Virus record (IMG/VR): IMGVR_UViG_3300045988_108148
DNA from: a virus
DNA length: 64,000 bases
Reading direction: 5' to 3' (one strand)
In this document: piece after piece, positions 36,994-51,900 of the stretch
Numbering within the stretch: position 1 is the first letter of the stretch
How the letters are laid out: each line of letters starts with the position of its first letter
Notes under the pieces: model-generated
Told to the model about the DNA's origin: nothing
Databases searched by the model: none
The model's input: the letters and a program-made list of their open reading frames with translations, nothing else
Translations under genes and position numbers: made by a program

Positions 36994-39900
36994 ATGGAAA
37001 CATCTATATTAGACAAATACAATGCTGGTTTAATTCCTTCTAAAACCAATGCCACTACTGCCGCTATACGGCAAGTAAATGCACAGCATTCCCCTTTAAC
37101 AAAAATTAAAACAGGGTACGATCGTGAATTGGAACAAACTCCAATTGATGATTATGAAGAAATGTATCTATTGGACAAAGAAAATCCAGAGGAAACTCTT
37201 AAAGATAAGAGCTACTTAAAAGATGCATGGACCACTTTTATGAATAGTAGAGATCAAATCAATCTAATGTCGGAAAGAGCTAAATTAGCTAAGGATATAA
37301 ATCCCGTATTAGATGATATTGATTATGAATTGAATTTTCTTAGTGATAAGCAAAAGCTTAAAAATCTTGAAAATACTATTCCTACTTTGGATGAGAATTC
37401 TGAAGAATACAAAAATGCAATATCTGAATATTTTCAACTTCAAAGAACATTAGCAGATAGACAAGAGCAATACGATAGCATCTTGTCTAAATATGGTGAA
37501 AAAGAGGGTGATAACATTGATGCGAGAATTGAATATCTAAGTAATTCTAGAAAATCGTGGGAAGAAGAAAGATCTAAAGTAAATGAAGAAATAAATAATA
37601 TATACTCTAACTTACGAGAAAGATCTGAAAATTATACACCGTCTTCTGAATTTAGAATAAAAGAACAAAGAGCTCAAGACAAACCTTGGTATTCCCCAGA
37701 TTATTTCTTATACGCTGGTCCAGGTTTAACAGGTTCTTCTATGGCAACTGTTAATGGTTATATTGCAGATGCTTTAGCTACTGGAGCTTTATGGTTAGGT
37801 AGACACTATGCTACTACTGGAGCATTGAACGCTGTCCCTGGAATTGGTGCTGCATCTAATCTAATTGGGTGGGGTAGTGCAATTGCAGCTACTGCAGCTA
37901 GTGTTGCTGGTAATATATACAGTAGACATAGAGAATCTTTAGCTCAAGTATATGGTGCGTATAGATCTAGAATTGAAGATAGTTTAAAGGAACAAGGTAT
38001 TGACATTAAACAATATGCTGAAATTGGTAGAAACCAGTTAAAACAACAAGACCCCAATATAGATGTTTCTAAGATCTCTGATGATGAGATAATAGATAGA
38101 GTTATATCTGGAGAGATAAACATAAATGATGCAACTCTAGCAAATGCTAAAAGATCTTTAAAAGATGGATTAGAAAGAGTTTATGATAACAACATGGCAT
38201 TATCTGCTATGGATGTTGCTCAATCTGCTTTAGTATTTGCACCTCTTGGTAAAGCTATGGGTAAAATAATAACAGCTCCAATTAAAACTGCTTTAAACCC
38301 ATTGTTAAAAACAGGTACGAAATTAAGCGAAGCTGCAGCAAGTAAATATAACAAACTTATAGACGCTTATACTGGGTTTAATGCTAGACTTGCATACAAT
38401 TCCCCAGTAAAAAATGCTAGTTTACAAGCTGCTAAAGCACTTGGTAGATTAGGTTTCTCTGCTACTGGAGAAGCATTTGAAGAAGCTAACCAAGACATAT
38501 TTGATTATGATTATATTTCTGGTAAGTATGATAAAAAGTCTAGCAGTGTCTTTCAATCCTTAATGGGGTTAGCTGATGCCAACTATCGTACTGCAAAGAT
38601 ATTATCTGGAATAGATACTGAATCTGAATTAGCAAATGATCCACAATTTTGGAATGATGTAAAAGGTGGTTTTGCATTAGGTTTATACATGGGTGGACCT
38701 ACAATTGCTTATCATTCTGGGTTAAAGACTTACAAAGACATGACTGCCAACTCTTTTGTAAGAGACGTAGTTGCAGATCACATTGGTAAAAAAGATGCAA
38801 TGATCAAAGCTATGTCCTACTCTGAGATGGCAAACAAAAAATTAAACTATCAACAAAATGTACTTGATGTACTTGAAAACTACAAGTACAATCTACCAGA
38901 AGGTATCACTGAACAAGATTTAAATGATGAGATAGCTACTGCAAATAATATCTTTAGTTTATCTAAATCTAAAGTAAATCAGAACATTGGTAAAACTATT
39001 GGTTATAATCCTGGGACTACTGAATATAATACTTTAATTGGGTTGCAACACTTGGCAACAATAGATGCACAAGAAGCACTTGACAATGCCAATCAAGCAC
39101 AAGAGGCAGACAATGCTTTCTATACTACTTTGGAAAATGATCAAATGTTAAATCATTATTCTCCAGAAGAGAAGCTTACTGCTGTTGCATTAACTAAGTT
39201 AAACATTCAAAAGCAAGCATTAGAACAATTAAAAACAGCACTCGAATCTAAGCCAGAAGAAAATCAACAAAAGTTTGGTATAACGAATGAGTCAAATGCT
39301 GTTGGTAAATCTATTTCAAAAGAAATACCTAATATATTAAAAGACATAGATGCTAAACTAAATCAATTATCAGAAGGTACTAGATTCAGTTCAAACTTCA
39401 TAGCCACTCCAAATTTGGTTAACAAAGGTATTGATAGTTATGTCAACACAATGATTGCAAATCATGACCTTTTGGTAGCTGAGCATAAGATGAACGAAAT
39501 ATTCGGCAATACTTTGGAAGATGGCAAACTTATAAACTTCAACAACGCTTCTAATGAATCAAAAAAGAATATAGGTAAAAAGATAAAAGAAAGAATTGAT
39601 AATTATATAAACAATTCAGATGAAGCATCAAAGATAGTAGAAGAAAATGCAAAGGATGTTGTTGAAGCAGAATCTGCAAAAGAAATGTCTAGAGAAGCAG
39701 CTAATCAAAGTGATGATCAACAACCTATTACTAACAACGAAACTCAAGTAGATAATCAAGTAGCTACTGAAGTAGAGCAAGAAAAGGCAACGTCTCCAAA
39801 AACTCCTATTATGGATGACAGGGCTACTTCTGACATTGATACTAAAATACCAGTAGTAGAGAAGGAAATAAAAGAAGATGAAGAATTTCCTACTAAAGGA

Positions 39901-42900
39901 TTAGAAGAGTTAAGTAAGGAGTTTGAAGAAACCTTAGCCAAAGTAAAAGAAAAAAAACAAGAAGATACTGAAAGGAAACCTAAACCTGAGCCTAAACCAG
40001 TTGTTGAAACTCAAGAAGACGAAGAGGATGAAATAGAATTTGAGCGAGCTGATGAAAAAGCTCTGATAGATCTTGCAAATTCTGAAGCTGTTTCAGACGA
40101 GGATGATAAAAAAGTATCTGAAACTTATGAAACTTCTAATCCTGAAGTAACTGAAGAATCTCAAGTAAAATGGGCCCGTAAGAAGATTGCTACAGAATCT
40201 AAAATGAACAGAAGAGCAGATATGGACTCTGAGACTAGAGATTTGGATGAATCTTTAGAAATTGAGGAAATGGTACAAGATAAAGTATCTCATACACTGT
40301 TCTTTAATCCTGATGCTACAACGCCTATTTATCCTGGTACCAAGCCAGGCAAGGAATTAGCAGAGAGAATAAAAGATCCAAACTTTTTTAATGATAGTTT
40401 CTGTGAGTTTGTTATAAATAAAGATTATACAGAAAAGGGGCATAAACCATATAAAGAAAATGATCCTAGTACATATGATTCTGCATCTATAATAATGTTA
40501 ATTCATCATGGCACTGGCGATTATGCAATGGCTTTGAAAACTCCTTCTGGAGCTAGAACTTTCTTAGCAGCAAAATTAGCTAGCATACCTAAAGAAAGGC
40601 TTACAGAAGAGGATATTAATCTTATTAATAATGCTAATGATTTATCTATAGCAGATTTACGTAGATTTAGAAATGCAGTAATTTCTACAATAGAGTCTGC
40701 GACAAATGATGAAGCTGTAGTACCTAGCACAATAGTTAGAACTAAAGGAATACCTAATGTTGTTAGAAAAGATGGTAGAGCTGTATTCAGACCAATACAC
40801 GAAGTAAAAGGCTTACAGATACCAACAGAAATTACTGAGATTACTCCAGAAAATGTAACATTTGGTATAAGTGATGGTATTGTAAAAGATTCTGATATAA
40901 TAGGAGCCAATGGTGAAATGTTGCCAGGTAAAGGTGGTAGTGGACAATTGTTTATTTATCCACCAAAATCTAGTACTTTATCAAATCAAATGTTGCCATT
41001 ACAATTAACTCTTCAAAGATTTGACAGGAAGCAAGCTGAGTTTTTAGCTGACTTGTTAATCAATTATGGCACTAATACTAACTCTGAATATAGAGATACA
41101 GGAGTTATTGCTGGAGAATTAATTGACTTTATGGTTAGATTTGGAGATGCTACCAAAGTAACCACTGCAGATAAAACATTTGATTGGTTAAAAGAAAAGC
41201 AATTGTATATTGATGATAAATCCAATCTAATAGTTGGTGAAAAAACATTCAATATAGGCAATTTATCTACTCAGGATAAAAAAGACATAGTTGAAGCTTT
41301 AATGGGATTCCATTGGCGTGTAGCTAGAAAGAATTTCTTCAGCCCAATAAAAGAAGCATTACCTTCTGTATATGATTATTTTAACAATAATTCTGTTGAT
41401 TTGCTTGATATCATTCCAGGTATATCTCTTACTAAGGATGATTTCATTTCTTCTACCCCAGTTTATACTATGGGTGTGTTAGAAAAAGCTGGTATAATAA
41501 GAAGTGACTTAGATGATCAACTATTTAAAGATTCTTTCGCATATGCTGAAGATGTTCAAAAGATACCAAGAAAGATCAATAATCCTGAAGTAAAAGAAGC
41601 TGTTGAAAATAAAGCCAGTTCGTTACCAAATATTCCTAGCACCCCAGAACCACAGACAGAGGTTACTGAAGATGTTACGACTTCTGAAGTTACAACTCAA
41701 GATGATTCTTACATAAAGGAAATAACTAATGATGGAGAAATAGATCCTTTGAGTTTGGGAATTGATGAAGATTTTGATGTACCTTTTCGTAAAGTTGCAG
41801 GAAATATATCAGAAGTAGTAACTCCAGAAGAAATTCAATGGTTTAGAAATAAATTAGGATTACCAGAAGATTCTTTACATATCGTTGAAGATGCTATTGC
41901 ACTTGGTGGTAATGAGTATGCTATGGGTCTTGTTAGAAAAGATTCTACCATACTGTGGAAAGGTGCAGAACGTGGTACATTGTATCATGAAGCATTCCAT
42001 AGAGTATCATTATTAACTATTTCTCCAAAGGAAAGAAAGAAAATTTATGAATTCTATAGAAATAGAACTGGTTTTGTTGGAAGTGATAAACAAGTAGAGG
42101 AAGCTTTAGCAGAAGACTTTAGGCAGTATATGCTAAATAAAGTAGATCCTGAATTAAATCTTCTTAAAAGAGCTTGGAAAGCTATTAAGAATTTCATAAG
42201 TAAATGGGTTTGGAGAACCGATACTAGTATTGATAATATTTTTAATAGAATCGATTCTGGTTATTACAATAGATCTAAACAAGATTCGGCTGCTGTAAAT
42301 GAATTTCTTGCTGCATATAAAGGTGCAGGTGCTCCATTTAAAATAAGAAACCACAAATTTAAAAACATTACTAACACACAATTCAAAGAAACTGTAAATT
42401 CACTTGTAGGTGCTTTATTTACATTAAATAACATAAGACTACGTGATGATTTGCAAAATCTTAATTATGGAGTGTTAAAAGCTGCATTAAAACCAGAAAT
42501 AACAGCAAAGTTAGTTGAAAAAGGAACTATTACTAAGGAGCAAGGGGAAGTTAGAAATGAAATATACAATACATTTGATACTGTATTTAAACCAGAAATT
42601 ATAAATAAATTAAATGAGTATCAAATAAGAGCAGTGGATAAGCAGGAAAATATTGATGCAGAGATTGATGAGAAAGCAGTTGGTAATGATGTAGGTGATC
42701 AGATGGCTAACTACATTCAAGAACAATTGGCTGTTTCAGTTAAAGATAATGCTCTTGCATCTATAAAGATTTTCATTGCAACAATGCCTAGGACAGAATT
42801 TGTCATGAAACAAAAAACAAATCCTGATGGCACTGTGACTCAAGTACAAGGTGTTGCTGCAATAAAGAGTCCTGTTACAGGCTTACCTCTAATGGTTGAC

Positions 42901-45900
42901 TTTGATAAATCTTGGAATACAATTATTAATGAAATTCACTCTGAAAATACATTCAAAGGAATGATGGACAAGAGTGCAAAACTTGCTAAAGTAACACCAT
43001 TATTTAAAACTTTGTATAATGAGTTATACAAGATTACAAATGAATATGTACAAAAGAAAGGTATTCAAGAGGACGAAGTTCAAAAAATAGCAAGAGAGAA
43101 TTTACAAACTCAGTTTAGAAACACATTCCGTAAAGCTAGACACAAGTTAGTTGGTATTTTATCAGAAAAAGTTGAAGATGAAAACGGTAATGAACAAACT
43201 AACTTGTATGTTAAAGATGAAAATGCAAATAAAGTATCTAAAAATATATTAGAGGGTTGGAATTACAATTTAATAACAAACAGTGGTGTATTAGATACTT
43301 CTGATAACTTATTTAAAGCAAAAGTTAGTGAGTCTGAAGAATTCGTAGCTAGAGAAATCAACAATGAATTCAATAAAATAATAAAGATTGTAGAAAAATA
43401 CAAAACTACACCTAACAAGAAACTAGTAAATGGTCAAACTTATAAAGAGTATGTACCAGAGAAGTTAATTACTATTAAGAATAAGATAGTTGATTTACTT
43501 AATAAAGTTGGAGTAGAAATTGATTTAGAATCATTAAACTCCTTCCTTACTAAGGAATATTATAATTCAGATTCTACTGAGTCATTAGTTTCAATGTTAT
43601 CAGATAGATCCAATAAAGGTATATATTTCTTCTTTAATTCTAAAGTAAAGGACTTAGCAAAGATTCAAGAAAGTGGCGTAGTTCCTGGTCAATATAATAG
43701 AAGTATTACAAAATATTATGATGACTCTAAATTCTTAGGAAGACTTGCTGAAACATATGCAATGTTGCATCCTTCTTCTGATGAATTATCAGTATTATCT
43801 ACTGATGGTAAATTGTTGTATCCTATATCAGAACACAATTATTTGTCTGACATGGTTCAAAGATTGGATAATGACCCAGCAACAGTAGAAGCACTTACCA
43901 AAGTATTATACAATACTGGTAATAATACCAATCCTAATTACTTCAAGGGTTCTGTATTGTTAACAAATTTATATAATAATGCAGATGCTAAAGGTAAAAT
44001 AGGATTTGAAACTCTTGTTTATTTTAAAGAACAAGGTAGTGCAGATAAAGGACGTAAGTACACAGAAATATCCCCTCTTGAAGACTATATTGCTAAGATG
44101 ACATTCACTAGAGCAGGTAGAATTATCTTACCTACTATGGGTGATTCTCAAACATATAATACATTATATGGTACTGCAATAAACAACTTTAAAAATCCAT
44201 TTGACGTAAGTAATGGTGAAATAAAATTCGATGCTCAAATTCTTAAAAGATTTATTAATTACTTTGAAACTGAATTAGATACCATTGAATTTAATTACAA
44301 GAATGAAAATAATTTAACTGAGGAACAAAAAGTAAAGAACTATGATACAGGAAATAGAAATGGTTATAGATTCAGATACTTCAATGGATTCTTTAAATTG
44401 AAAGAAAGACCTACGTTAAATGGTATTGAATTTGAAAAAGATTTTTCGAACTTTAACGAAGCATTAGACCTAGCAGAAGATCTTGGTGGTAATGAATATG
44501 GAACTTCTATTATTTCTCAAATAAGAAATAATTGGAATAAGTTCAGTAATGCTGAAAAAGCAAATCTAATGAATAACTACCTGTGGGATGCATTTAAAGA
44601 TGAGTTAAATTATGCACAAGAATTAGGTATAATTAAATGGGATGGTAATAAAATAGCTAGTGTAACGAGTTTAGCATTGCCCCAGAAGGCATTAGAAGAA
44701 GCATCATCACATTATAAAAAATCTGCAACAGTTTCTAATTATAGCGAAAATCTTGGTGCTGCTGAAATGATTGGTAATTATTTTGCTAATACCATTTCTT
44801 CAGTAATTGAATTTGAGAAACTTTTTATAAAAGATCCAGCCTACTACAAAAATCCTGTAGATAAAATTAAACGTTTACGTGAGGTATTATCCACTGGTGT
44901 TACTCCAAGAATAGACTACGAAGAAGGAAATACAATGGCAGATCTCACTGAAGTGAACGTAGGTACACTATCAGATAATGTTATCGTAAGTAGACAAGCT
45001 GATCAAATTGCAGAGTATGCTAAAAGATCTGCGGCTATACGCTTGCTTCAGGAAATGCACAATATGACATTAGATGAGGCAATTAGAACTTACGATAGTT
45101 CTGAAGCTTTACCTCAGGATGTAGAAGATGCAGCTAATCTTATAGTAAGAGATAAATTTAATGGTTATCTTAATCCAAAAGGTAAAGTAAACCAAACTGA
45201 TGCCACAGTACTAATATCTCCAGAGTTTTATAAAGAACTAGTACGTAGAGTAGATGGATGGACACCGCAAGTAGCAAAAGCATTTGACTTACTTAATGAT
45301 CCAAATGCAGATCTTGAAGCAGATATGGATACGTATGCAGAAGCATTGGCGGTTACATTGAAACCTTTGAAATTCATGTATTTTGGTGATCATTACGATG
45401 TAGGTGCTAAAAGGGATATACCAATATTTGATAAGATGGCTATGTTCCCTGTACATCGTATCTTCTCTACTGGGGACATGGGTAAAGTATTGGAAGTTAT
45501 GCAATCACGTAATATCCATATGCTTGCTTTTGATTCCGCAGTAAAAGTAGGACAAAGGGCTAAAGAAGTTAAATCAAGAATCTATAAAGATAAGACTAAT
45601 AAAGAAATAGACATGGACAGTCTGATGTCAATGCCTACTCACAAACAATCTTTGGCTAACTTTAGACGTCAGTTAATTACTGATCCTCACCATGCAGAAA
45701 GACAAATGTTTGTATCTCAAGCACAAAAAGCTGCCATGGGTAATATCAGAAGTGCATGGAAATATACTACACCAGATGGTAAAGTATATAATGGTGATGA
45801 GTTGATTAATAATTTTAACGGTGCTCACAATGCCATTACTGAAGCTGGTAGAAGAGAGATAGAAAGAGATTTTGGTATTACTCCAGATAAACCTCAAGTA

Positions 45901-48900
45901 AGTGTACAAAGATTTGCTGAAATTATGCAACGCAAAGCTTTAAGTTCAAACATGAATGACAATGTTATTAATGGTTTGGATGTTGAAAATGGTGAAACTG
46001 TTGCACCAATTTCTGGTTTATCTGATAACTCTTGGATAGAAAGTGGTCTTATATCAATGTTGAATAAGTCAATTGTTGATACTAACTTACCAGGTGGTAT
46101 GTTTATTCAAATGTCTTCAATATTGTACAATAGAATTGCTGTAACTTCAGACGCACAAAATGAAAGAAAGCTAAGATTTGCAAACACTGATGGTACTATG
46201 GATTGTGTTATTTCAATTAACTTATTGAAACACATAATTCCTGATTACGATAAAAAGACTTTCAGTGAAGCTAAAAAGTGGTTGATAGATCATGATATTG
46301 TTGGTCCGAATTCTAAAGCTCTTGCAATGGGTTATCGTATCCCTGCTCAAGGTCAAGCATCAACTGCAGCTCTTAAAGTGGTAGATTTGTATCCTGAACA
46401 AATTGGTGATACTATTACATTACCTGATGAATTTACATCTCTTACTGGTTCTGACTTCGATATTGATAAATTGTTCGTTGCTAGATATAACTATGATAAA
46501 AACGGTAATAGAATCAAATTTGAGACTAAAGAAGATTACACTAACAGACTCAGAGAAGCTGGCTTAGATGATGAAACCATAGTTCGTAAAGTCTACGAAA
46601 GATATAATGGTAAAACTGATTTTGAAGCTAATTCAAAGGAAGCAAATGAAAATATGCTTCTTGATATGTATATATCAGTTATTTCTAACCCACTGAACTT
46701 TGCAGAAGCTAGACAACCACTAGATACAGTAACCGATTACTTAAAAGATACTATTCTTAAAGAAGTAGATACAATAACTGGTCAAGGTAAACGTACAAGC
46801 AAATCCCAACTGTATTATGCCACTCCAGCATTCCAGAGTAGAACTAAGGCAGAGTTGAATGGTGGTAAATTTGGTATTGGTCCATTTGCATTAGCAAATG
46901 CTCATCAAGTTCTTACTCAATTGGTCAAATTAAGATTTAAACCAAATAAAATTTTAAGAGACTATGGTATAAGCAATTTGTATGGTATCCAGAGTAATGA
47001 TAGAAATAAGATTAATATCCTTGACTGGTTATCAGCATTAATCAATGCTCATGTGGACGTTGCAAAAGATCCATACATCATTCGATTGAATGTAAGGAAG
47101 TTAACATTTAATATGACTAACTTCTTGATAAGATCTGGTAAAGGTGAAAGTACATTCTATTTCTTACCTCAACAAATATTAAAAGACTTTGCAATAGAAT
47201 ACGATAAATACTCTGGCTTTTATAATGTAGATACACAAAACAAAAATCCTGAAAGTCTAGCATATAGAACTATTTGGAATACATATTTTGAGAAAGCAAA
47301 ATCTTTATCTAAAGGTAAATATGATCAGCTTTTAGACTTTTTGAATGATAAAGGTGTAGGTGTTAAACAAAGAGAAAAGATGTTCGATGTCAATTACTTA
47401 AAGAAGCAATTGAAAAAAGAAGAAACATTTGATTGGTACTACAATCAGTTGCTCATTATGAAGACTTATCAAGAACTTAATCCGTTCTCAAGATCTTTGT
47501 CTGAATTAACTACATTGTCTCAAATTGATACTAAGCGCTTTGGTAATAATTTTGGTTTACAAAGTGCATTCTTGGATAAATGGAAACAATTCATGGTAGA
47601 GCAACAAGTATTTGAAGATCCTATAAAGGTATTCTCAAATACATTCTTAGGTAAGAAAATGCAAGATGCATTAATATTCCCTAGAATTGCCTTCCAAAAC
47701 ACAATGATTAGACTTACTCCAGAATTTGAAAACTTAAGAACATTAATAGAATTCTATACTAAAGGTTATGCAATTAGTGATGATACATACATTAATAATA
47801 TTACCAGAAGTATGGAAGCTACGTATAAAGCTGGTTTCTTTAATAAGTATTTAGCTGAAAATGGAATAAAGCTCAGTAGTTTGTTAGGTGGTCCAAATAG
47901 TATCTCTAAGAGATTGGATAGAATTAAATCTGATGTAAGAAGTGGCAAATATCCAGATTTATTAAGTAGTGATGGTTCATTTGAAAATGTACTTATTAAT
48001 AACATCTTTAGTAGACCAAAGGAAGATACAACTGAATTAAATGGTCCTGATTTTATTGCTTACAAACCAAACAAGAGTGGTGATAATAACTTAGAAAATG
48101 AGATCATTAGAGCTTGGGAGGAATTGTGGGATAGTGATTATCAGGAAATAAGAGATTTTGCAAAAGATCTTGCATTGTATGCTTTCTATACTTCTGGTGA
48201 TGCATTTGGTAAGAATAATATCTTTAGATATGTACCTAATTCAATCAGAGAGGAAATAGGTTATTTTGATTACATTAGAGATTTAGAACGAAATCCTGAT
48301 GATGCAGTTAAAGATATTAAAGTATTCCAAGTAATAAAAGACTTGTGGTGGAACGACCACGTAGTTCCTACTATTGATTATTACGTATTAGATTCTAGTA
48401 GAGAAACTATTGAAGAAGAAGGTAGACCTGTATACAGGGCGTTACCTCACGAAGATAGTGGTTTTACTGTAGTAAACAAGAAAGGAGTAGAAGTACAAAT
48501 TCCTGGCATCATATATGATAAAAAGTCTCAATCTATAATTTCATTCAATCAAAATGGTCAACCTATATATCCACCATTTAAAAAAGTAAAATTAGATAGA
48601 AATAATGATCCTAGAACTACGTTCCTGTATGAGTACATAGGCATTAATGAAGATGATGCCCCAGTGTACAGATTGATTAACAAGAAGGGAATGAGTTATA
48701 GAGGAAACATATTAATTGAGAGTGGTAGAAATAGATCTGTTCTTAAATACAACAATGTTGTACCAAAGGGTTATGAAATTATGCCAGAAGAACAAATAAC
48801 TTGGGTTACTGATCTTACTCCGGTAAAAGCTAGCTTACAAGCAAAGGCATTTAATCAAGCTGGTGAATTTAATACAGACATGCTTGCTAATATACAGCAA

Positions 48901-51900
48901 ACGGTTAAAACTCAACAAGCAACTGAACCATTATCTTATCAAGAATGGGTTAAAGACTATCAAACTCAAAAAGGTGAAGCTGATGCAGAAGCGGCATATC
49001 AACAATATCTGGATAACTTTGAGTACAGTAGATCACAAGAAACACAAGATATAAATAACTCTGCAAATACTGATAATGATCCTGCTAATTTTAATGATGC
49101 TTCATCAAGTAAAGCAATAATAAGTAGTAATGCAACAATTCTCACAAACGAAGAATTAAGGAAACTTAAACCTTTTGTAGGGAATAACCCTAGAATTGGA
49201 GTAGCTTCTGAATATACTGATCCCGCATTCTTTAGTAAACAGATAATAAGGGTTTTAAATGGTGAAGAAGTGATATCAGATAAATTTGGTAGAACTTTTT
49301 CTGGAACGGATTTCAATGCTTTATATATAATTACAAAGCACGATGGTCTTCCAATTGAGAACTTGTTGAAACACAAAATACCTAAAATAATTCATTTTAG
49401 TATAACTGGATTGGGTGGTACAAAATATGAGCCAGGAGTAATGAAACCTAATGATTTACTTGATAGAATTCAAGCTATGTTAAAATTAGGACTTGACCCA
49501 GAATCTGTTACAATACGAATAGATCCTATAGTTCCTGGTGTAACTTCCACAAAAATGATAGAGAATATTGTAAAGCGTGCTTCAGAAATGGGCATTAAAA
49601 CAATACGTTTCTCTATAATGGATCAATACAAGACTACCAAAAAGTACATGGAGGAATTAGGATACGATTATTCTAAGTTCTATGATGGTGTATCTATGCA
49701 CGCTAGAGATGACGTACGTGAACAAATAGAGACATTTATGGACTCTCTTATAGATAAATATGGAGTTACGATGTCTACTTGTGCAGAACCTCTTTCATCG
49801 AATAGTAGAATTAAACGTGATGCATGTTTGTCCGTAAATGCTGTAAACAACATGTTAGGCACAAATGTACCTCAATCTGCTGGTACAGGTAAACGAAAAC
49901 TATGTTCTTGTTTTGGTGGTAAAACTGACTTATTGAAATATGATAATGTGTGTGCATCTAGCTGTGCTTACTGTTATGCTCATCATAATAATGATAACAT
50001 TCTTAAATATTATAATGAAGATGGTTCATTAAAAGATATACCTCTTACCAGAGTGTCTAAAATTGATGAACAGTCTCCAGTACAACTAAATGCATCTGAA
50101 CAACCCACTACACCTGCAGTAGAACAACCAGCAATTACTGACACTACTAAAGGATTTTCTCTAGAACCGTTTATAAATAAAATATTTCCAGATTGGAAAT
50201 CAAAACTTCCAAATTTGCCAGAGGAATTAGCTGCTGAATTCATGTCATGGAGTATTGTACCTGGGATAGATGAGTGGTCAATAAAAGATAGAATTGAGAA
50301 ATATAAAGATTTTGAAATCGAAGAAGAAACACGGGAAGCAATAAAACGTGGGGATAAAGAAGGAATTGTTCAAGGTATTGCAAACACAATTTCTTATGAA
50401 TTGGCTAAGGATGGAATCACAGAAAGAGATCTATTTATAAATTTATTTGGTCAAAGTTATGTAGATAAGGTAGACAGATATGTTGCTGAAATCAAAGCCG
50501 AAGTTCAGAAAGAAAAAGATACTACTAAGGAATTCTTAGATTATGCTAATCAATTTGGTTTTACTGATGAAGCTGCTTCACTTGCAAAAGACTTACCAAA
50601 AGCAGTTGAAGAAGCTAAGAAAGTAGAAGAAGAGTACGTATTTACATTTAATGATGGGTTTAAGATCAATTTACCATTCTCATTAAATGATCAACAGAAA
50701 TCAGCTCTATATGAATTAGAGAAGTTTATTGAAGATGGTGGAACTGAAATTACTTTATCTGGTTATGCTGGTACAGGTAAATCTACTATCATTGGTATAT
50801 TTAGTAAGTGGTTGAATAATAGAATTGGTAGAGGCAACATTGTATATACTGCTCCTACTCATAGAGCAAATGTTATAACTAAACAAAATAATCTTAATGC
50901 TAATGTATATACGCTTTCTGCTCTATTTGGGTTTACTCCAGATACAGATATAGCAATGGAACAAGGTTCATTGGATTTAAGAGAACTGGAGTTTAGAGCC
51001 AAGAATCAAATGAAATACGAACCAGGTCAATTAATTATCATTGATGAAGCTTCAATGGTACAAGATGGCTTGTATGAATATATTCAAGAAATTGTAGCTA
51101 AACATAACGGTAGTGTAATATATGTTGGGGATTCTGCACAATTGAGACCTGTAAAATCAGATCATATTTCTAAAGTGTTTACATCTGATGGAGTACCTCA
51201 AATAACTTTAACCAAAGTAGAAAGAACTGGTGATAATCCTATTTTAAAAGAAGCCACCAGACTTAGACGAGGTGAAGGATTGAGTTACCAAACTGATATA
51301 AATGATAAAGGTCAAGGAGTATTGTACACTTCGGATGATGCAATTATAGATAAAAACCTGAAACAGATTGTTACTTCTGAAGAGTTCAATGCTGATCCTT
51401 TACATTTTAGAGTATTGACTGCTACAAATGCTGCAGCATCTACATATAATTCAAAGATTAGATCTTTGAGATATGGAAAATTTGCTAAACCATTTGTAAA
51501 AGGTGATATTATAATGGGGTATTCAAACAAACTCAGAAAACCCGATGGATCTTATAGATTAATAAACTCTGGAGATTATATAGTTCAAAGTGTAAAGGAT
51601 ACCAACATTAAATTCAAAACCGATAAAGGGGATATAGAATTTAAAGCATTCAATTTATCAATTAGACCGACTGGTGGTACTATTATGGATGACTTTCAAC
51701 TTACTGTAATTGACAAAAATGAACCAGATTCTAAGCTATTTGAAGTAGTAGAATATAAAGATAGATTGTGGAAAATGGCTAAAGAAGCTAAACAAAATGG
51801 GCAAATATCTAAATATAGAGATTTAGTTCAAATGGCGTACAATGTTGACAATGAACTGAATATTACCAAGAATTTGGAAGATAACCAAGGCAGGTTAAAA

